Shown in pieces: positions 57,150 to 64,000 of a stretch of 64,000 nucleotides of DNA. Location: the NCBI GenBank assembly GCA_951406725.2, contig OX597831.1, positions 37,448,001-37,512,000 on the forward strand, written 5' to 3'. Position numbers and translations under genes: made by a program. Source of the stretch: Octopus vulgaris. Lineage: Eukaryota. Each line of letters opens with the position of its first letter. Positions within the stretch are counted from its first letter, which is position 1. Under the pieces are notes generated by a model. That model was given only the letters and a program-made list of their open reading frames with translations, had not been told where the DNA came from and searched no databases.

Positions 57150-60100
57150 AAATGCCACAAAAACCCGACCAAAGCGAAAACACTTTGAACCTAGAGCGTT
57201 GAAACTAGAGATAGTAAAAGACCTGAACGAGATCTCCTCCAAGCTCACATTCTGATCCAACAAAATCGACGAGATACAGACTTATACCGAGGAAATGCTT
57301 GAAGAAGGAAGGAAAACCGAAGAAGCTGCAGTTGTCCAAACCCTCAACCAGTTATGTAGAATTATAGAAACAGTGATGCTCCGGAAGCCGGAACAAATTC
57401 CGACAGCTGAACGAGAAGCTAACATCAACCTTCTACAAGGAACCTCTGCAATCGAAAACATTATTAAACATATAAAGAACCAACGCTTCACAGCCCGTAA
57501 ATTTGCCTTTTGACACTTCATTAAAAATAACTGCAAAGCGGAAATATGTGCAAAATAGCTCAATTCAACACCGATGATCCTCCCAACGAAACTACAAATA
57601 AAACATATCGCTGATGAACCGGAACAACAGCGAAAACTTAGAGAAAAGATGGTTCTTGACAAATTCAGAATGGAAACCCAGCTATTACGGCTAAGTGCAA
57701 ATTCAAACGAGGAAAAATCTAAAACGATTGATGCACAAATGCAAACACAGATTTCAAAACATCCAAAGGTCAAGGAAACAATATGAAGCTTTGGAAAAGA
57801 AACTTTGAACACATCTCTTCAACTGCGGGAGACAAGTGCTCTTTCGTTCACCAGTTATGAATTTCGTTTTAAAATCCAGTACTCTACCGAGAACCCATTC
57901 CCAAAGAAATTCAAAATCCACAAGCCTTATTCGCAACTGATTAATCAAACACCTAAATATGGAAATTAGAGTCACCAACTCCATAAGAACGATTCAAGAC
58001 TAATTCGACAATAAAATAATCCAACCAAAACATTCGAAGTTTTCTCTCCGACTGCACTCAACTTTCCCCAAAACCGAAGACATACAAAATGGACAGAACA
58101 TATCAACACAGTCCAGAACAACAGATGTTCAAAATCGATACGAAAGACCACAGGTTAAAAATGAAAATGTCCTTGGATATTATATATAGTAATAAAAGGA
58201 AATCATTTTTTTTATATCCAACCGACAGATTTCTTGTCACCAGATGGTACAAACTGAAGATAATTAACCGATCAAAAAAAAAAAAACTTTCTCAGTAGAA
58301 GAAATTTATATTTTGTCAAAAGGCCTAAAATTTACCCCAACACCGCAGCACTCTAACACCAGTGAAATACAGAACATTTCACAGTTCTGTAGAAAACTAC
58401 GCCTAATAGAGGAATTTTACGATAAAGATGTCAGGGACGATTCAATTGTAAGTGAAAGAGCAATTACAATTCTACGGAAGGTAAGTATAAAGCTTTAGAT
58501 AACCTTTGTTTTTATTTCTAGGGAAGTGCAATAGTTATCATGGATATTGAACACTACAAATTAGACATACTATCTCTGTTACAAGATATGACACATAACG
58601 AATGAGTAAATAATTACCAAAAAAACAAAGGCAGTGACTAAACAGAACACACTCATTCACAGACATCCAAAAGTTTTAGCAAACAAAGAATGTGACTTCC
58701 TAACCCACGTTGATTGCAAGACCAGCTGCTTCTACGGTCTCCCCAAAATCAATAAGAATCAAACTATTAAGAATGCATTTAAAGAATCAACTTCAACTTG
58801 CATAAACATACAATATACCACCGACCTTTAACTTAGACTAATCGTAGCAGGCCCGAACTACGAAACACAGACTGAGCATCTTTTTAGATATATTACTGAA
58901 ACCTATTTTAAAACATGCCAATCTTGCGAGGGAGGTCCAGGACCTGCTAAACCAACTCCCAAATTCCATAAACAATGATACCACTATTGTATCTTTTGAT
59001 GTGGTAAAATATATACCAAAATCCCACATATATACGGACTAGAGACAATAAATTTCTGGCTTGAGAAATTCCGTCATGAAATTCTAGACAAAACTGGAAA
59101 GAGTTTCATCACCGAAGGATTAAAGTTTATACTCGAAAACAACTTTTTTGACTTCGATATCAATATTTACAACCAAATATCTGGAACAGCGATGGTGACA
59201 AAACTTGCTCCAACGTACACCAATCTAGTCATGGCATACATAGAGGTTCATATATATGAGCAATCTAAATTAACATATAGCTTGAACTTCGATAAATATC
59301 TACAAGAAACTGGAAACATTACTTAGATGACTGCCTAATCCTATTGACGCATACATTTGAACAACTTTTAGATTTTACAAATCTAATCAGTAAAATAAAA
59401 TAATAATAGTAATTTTTGCCATGGAATACAACAAAACTCAACAACCATTCCTGGATATACCAATCACCAAAAGAGATAAAATCACTACAATAAGTATTAT
59501 TCTCTTCATGCCATCCCAAATACACGAAGAATAATATCCTATTGAATCTACCAAGAAGAATCTGTACAAATGTCTCAAACTCTTAAACACGCAATAAAAT
59601 ACTGCAGGAACTAAAACAAATACTATTTGAAAGACAATATCCATTAATGCTAATAGACAACAGAATACAACGTGCCAAAGCAATGAATATCCAAGAACTA
59701 AGTAAAACGAAAAACGCTCCAATAATCTCCCCTTTATTACAACAGAGAAGTAGAGAAACACAGGTTTACAATAATATCCACCAGAAACTCCACTACTAAA
59801 ATGAGATCCAAGAATGAAACAAGCATTTGAATACACAAAATAATCAAAAGTAAAAGACAAAGTCCCTCAAAAGATACCTAATAAGTGCTAAGATATCTTC
59901 CACAATTCCTACACCAACGGTAAAAAAAATGTGGCCGCCCCAATTGCAGGACTTTCATCAACTTTATTGAAGACACAACATACAAATTCAAATCAGGATA
60001 GACTTTTACCGTAAAAAATTACTTACGTGTTCGTCAAGGAATTTAATATATGCTAACAAATTTGAAAGATGTAATGAAGATTACATAAGTCAAACAAAGC

Positions 60101-60200
60101 TTACTCTAGGAAACAGACCGACCATCCACCGACAACAAAATACGAGACCCCACACAAGACAGATCCCAATGAAAGGTCACATAGGCATATGTGCAAAAAA
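57150..60200 (+). pseudogene. Near full-length decayed Penelope-like element (RT + GIY-YIG)
   Basis: LSKGLKFTPTP, FYGLPKINK, RLIVAGP, VSFDVV, LENNFF...YNQISGTAM...APTYTNL, YLDD, PFLD, CGRPNC, TCSSRNLIY...YISQT; many stops and frameshifts. Confidence 0.92.
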
Positions 60201-60224
60201 TAGTGTAGAACTGATTGCACTTCC

Positions 60225-60365
60225 GTTATCTAGTGGTTCGGATACAATTAGTACCAGACTTAAAAATAAGACCTGCGGTCGATTTATTCGACTAAAAAAT
60301 CCCCCAATGCAGCGCTTGAGCATGGCGTCAGAAAAAATGACTGAAATAAGTGATAAAAAAGACAG
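60225..60365 (+). mobile_element. CORE-like SINE tail truncating the PLE
   Basis: Family similarity. Confidence 0.65.
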
Positions 60366-60376
60366 AAAGTGTCATA

Positions 60377-60775
60377 TACGAGGGGAATTAAAAAAATATC
60401 CGCACTTTCAACATAACATATCTTTATTATTATCACACTGCTTTCTGCGCATGCGTGTTTATAGTTGGTACTATTGTCATGGTGCCATTCCTCTTTCTGG
60501 CTTTAGAGTACAAACATGGCCGCTCCACTAGCAATGTGCACCAAAGAAGAAGAAAGATCAGTGATCGGCAAGTGTGTCAGATATTGAAATTCATCGGAGG
60601 CTTTTAGTACAACACGGGGATAGTGCGTTACCACGTAGAATAATGTATGAGTGGATGGAAAAGTTTAAAAGTGCCCGGACAAGCGTGATGCACGAAGTGA
60701 CAGTAGGCTGCCCATCTAATTCCAACACTGACGTGAAGATGCATCGAGCACGACAGATGGTAATGGTGAACCAGT
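60377..60775 (+). mobile_element. Mariner transposon 5' remnant (TIR and HTH domain)
   Basis: TACGAGGG start; MAAPLAMCTKEEERSVI...EIHRRLLVQHGDSALPRRIMYEWMEKFKSARTSV. Confidence 0.85.
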
Positions 60776-61112
60776 TCCCTATTACCGTGCCTGGGATCTC
60801 TACATTTTGTTCTTCTTTCATGCACATTGCTTATGAAGCGGCTATGCTTACACTGCAAAGCCAGGAAAATAAAAATAGCGTGATCAGACTCAAACCTCGA
60901 TCACGTGAACGCAATAATACCAACTATAAGCACGCACGCGCAGAAGGAAGTGTGATGATAAAGATATTATGGCAAAAGCGTGGATATATTTTTACCTCCT
61001 CTCGTGTATTTATATATATATATACATATATACATATGTATGTATATAAATATACATATACATACACATACATACATACATATATATGTATGTGTATGTA
61101 TATATGTTTATG

Positions 61113-61145
<33 letters not shown>

Positions 61146-61267
61146 TTAAATGGATGAAGGAATTATCTTTTGTTTACAGTTAACACGGAAAATTCAATAG
61201 ACAGTTACCAGAGTAGCAAGAGTACAAGAATTTGAATAACACCTGCGTTCAACTCCATTTATTTGCT

Positions 61268-61314
<47 letters not shown>

Positions 61315-61318
<4 letters not shown>

Positions 61319-61536
61319 CAGCGTGGAAGGTGTTTATATGCCATTTATGAGACACACAAAAACCGTTAGATTCACTTCAACGTTTAATTTAGATGCAACA
61401 CGAAGTTTTGTCAGTGAACAGGTCGCGGTGTCAAAGCGACGAAAATGTTTTGGCAAATTAAATTTAAATGTTGAAGTGAATGTAACGGTTTTTGTGTGTT
61501 TCTGAAATGGCTTATAAACACCTTCCATGCTGCAAT
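61315..61536. mobile_element. Fold-back mini-element (~77-bp arms) with a hammerhead in the loop
   Basis: 61315-61391 vs 61459-61536; element extends to about 61600 between (TA)n tracts. Confidence 0.85.
61407..61457 (+). ncRNA. Hammerhead motif with G3:C8 core
   Basis: tttgtca GTGAACA g gtcgc-ggtgtcaaa-gcgac GAAA a tg t TT tggcaaa. Confidence 0.65.
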
Positions 61537-61607
61537 TGTTTTCGTTCCAGCACACGATCTCAGATCAAGTCACTCGGTATGGAAGTACATCTCCGTAAAA
61601 TATATAT

Positions 61608-61649
<42 letters not shown>

Positions 61650-61670
61650 GTATATATATATATATATATA

Positions 61671-61696
61671 GGCGCGGGGTGGCTGTGTGGTTCATC

Positions 61697-61749
<53 letters not shown>

Positions 61750-61975
61750 CCTGAGTATGTGTGTGTGTGTATTTATGTTTGTTTCTATCTGTGTCCCCCA
61801 CCTTGCTTGGCAACCGATGTTGGTATGTTTACGACCCCGTAACTTAGCAGTTCGGCTAAAAGAAACCGGTAGAATAAGTACTAGGCTTACAAAAATAAGT
61901 CCTGGCGTCGAATTGTTCTACTAAACACAGTGTTTCTTCATGGCCGTAGTCATATGTTTGAACCAAGTAAAAGAA
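61671..61975 (+). mobile_element. Internally deleted CORE-like SINE
   Basis: Head joined directly to the internal microsatellite, then the 3' half. Confidence 0.75.
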
Positions 61976-62453
61976 TGTATATATACATATATAATATATA
62001 ATATATTTATATGTATAAATGTTTGTGTATGTACGTATATGTATATTTGTTTCCCTGTCTGGATGTATGTTTATCTATATTAATATATGTAAATCCCTCT
62101 GCATGTGTGTATGTATACACTTGCTTTCGCTGATAGATTCAAATTACTGTTTCTCTCTATATCATTATACGCATTCTTAGAATACACTTTAAAATTAATC
62201 TTATTCAAATTAATGGAGGGGCTTCTTTATTTCATTCCCTTTCTACATGTTTTTTCTTATTGGTAATACTTCGCTTTCTATATGCTTAAATGTAATTGTC
62301 TGTCACAAATAAATTGCACTTTACATCTGATATTCCGATGAAGCTGTAAGGAGCACTCAACTTGGAGTCCGTTGCATCGTATAGCAGAGAGAGATGTACG
62401 CTAATGAAGCTTATCAAATAATAGATTATTCTTTAGTTGTCGCATTTCGTATA

Positions 62454-62531
<78 letters not shown>

Positions 62532-62532
62532 T

Positions 62533-62597
<65 letters not shown>

Positions 62598-63173
62598 GAT
62601 ATATAAAGATATCCCTGATGTGGTAAGATGTTGAATTTATTTAACAATAAAATTTGAAAAATCACTAGAAATTTGTTTCCGTCACCTAAAACATATAATA
62701 TCATATAACGTCAAATATAATCATAAACTAGCAATTTAGATGCCTGCATTAATTCGAAATACGAAGGGTTCACTGAAGATAATGCAAAAGTTTGTGATAC
62801 CCCATCAGGGGAAATTATTTGATTGTTAAACACACTTCGATTTTAATATACCTTGTATGAAAGGCATATTGTCAATGCATTACCTCCTGTGAACTATACG
62901 TATTTTGATTAACATAGACATGGAAGTAGCTTATTTATTATTAAATACAATAATATATGCTATTTACATGTTTGGGGCTACTAAAACAAATTTGTAGTGT
63001 GTTTTCAATGTTTATTGTTAAGTAAATTCATCATGTGTTTGCATCATTTACACCTTTACTTTCTCCTTTTTCTTTCCTCGTGTATATTACCATATACTCT
63101 ATATGATTTATGCTAAGACAAACTAAAGAGCAGTTTCATAAATACAACTGGATTACTCGAATCCTGGAATGGC

Positions 63174-63263
<90 letters not shown>

Positions 63264-63329
63264 ATTGTAATGTTAAGACAACAAAATAATGAATGAGACC
63301 TCGATATTATGCAAATAGAGGAATTTACC

Positions 63330-63629
<300 letters not shown>

Positions 63630-63688
63630 TAACAGAATGAGATAAAGAATCAAAGGCTGTGAATAGTTTTCAGAACATTTATAAAGAG

Positions 63689-63736
63689 GTCTTACAGCTG
63701 TTTTCGGTGTATTTTATATATCCCTTCATCAGAGAC
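63689..63736 (-). ncRNA. Minimal hammerhead motif
   Basis: gtct CTGATGA a gggatatataaaatacacc GAAA acagctG TA agac; ACAGCTGT palindrome; stem II decayed. Confidence 0.65.
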
Positions 63737-64000
63737 GATGTGAGGGAATGTTTAAGTAATTGTTATTATAAAGAAGATATAAAATACTGAGTGAAGTGGA
63801 GGAATGAGAACAGCAGTAAGATACGTAACGATATTGTATCTGCAGACCCATTATTTAAGCTGAATGGTGTATATATAAGATTCCTATATCTTGTGTGTGA
63901 GCTCCCATACATATGAGTTAGAGGTTAGACAACCATCTAAGGGATAATAAATATTCAATAAACTACTGTATGTATATGCATGTATGTAGATTGATAGATA

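Noticed and set aside
62330-62420. CCGATGA...GAAG hammerhead-like trace
   Set aside because: Too decayed to assign stems or GAAA; the CTGATGA at about 40103 likewise lacks partners.

Overview
AT-rich, microsatellite-saturated animal genomic DNA. The SINE families and (TA)n/(TAGA)n density resemble an octopus genome; this is an inference. No intact host gene is supportable, and almost all listed ORFs are read-through of simple repeats. The window is made of transposon debris: tRNA-derived SINEs, two decayed Penelope-like elements (RT + GIY-YIG), CR1/L2-like and R4/Dong-like LINE fragments, Tc1/mariner remnants (one DD41D rosa-type), MITEs and two non-autonomous Helitrons. The main signal is about 16 minimal type I hammerhead ribozyme (HHR) motifs, found by eye, in roughly nine unrelated sequence contexts. 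Most sit in non-coding elements embedded in (TA)n, and many of these elements are fold-back inverted repeats. They include a 5.3-kb palindrome with near-identical 2.06-kb arms, each capped by a perfect HHR; a G3:C8-compensated core; and a multi-copy family with U at core position 6. Minimal HHRs in Penelope pseudo-LTRs are established knowledge. The core variants, the fold-back junction positions and the giant non-coding palindrome are the parts worth testing.
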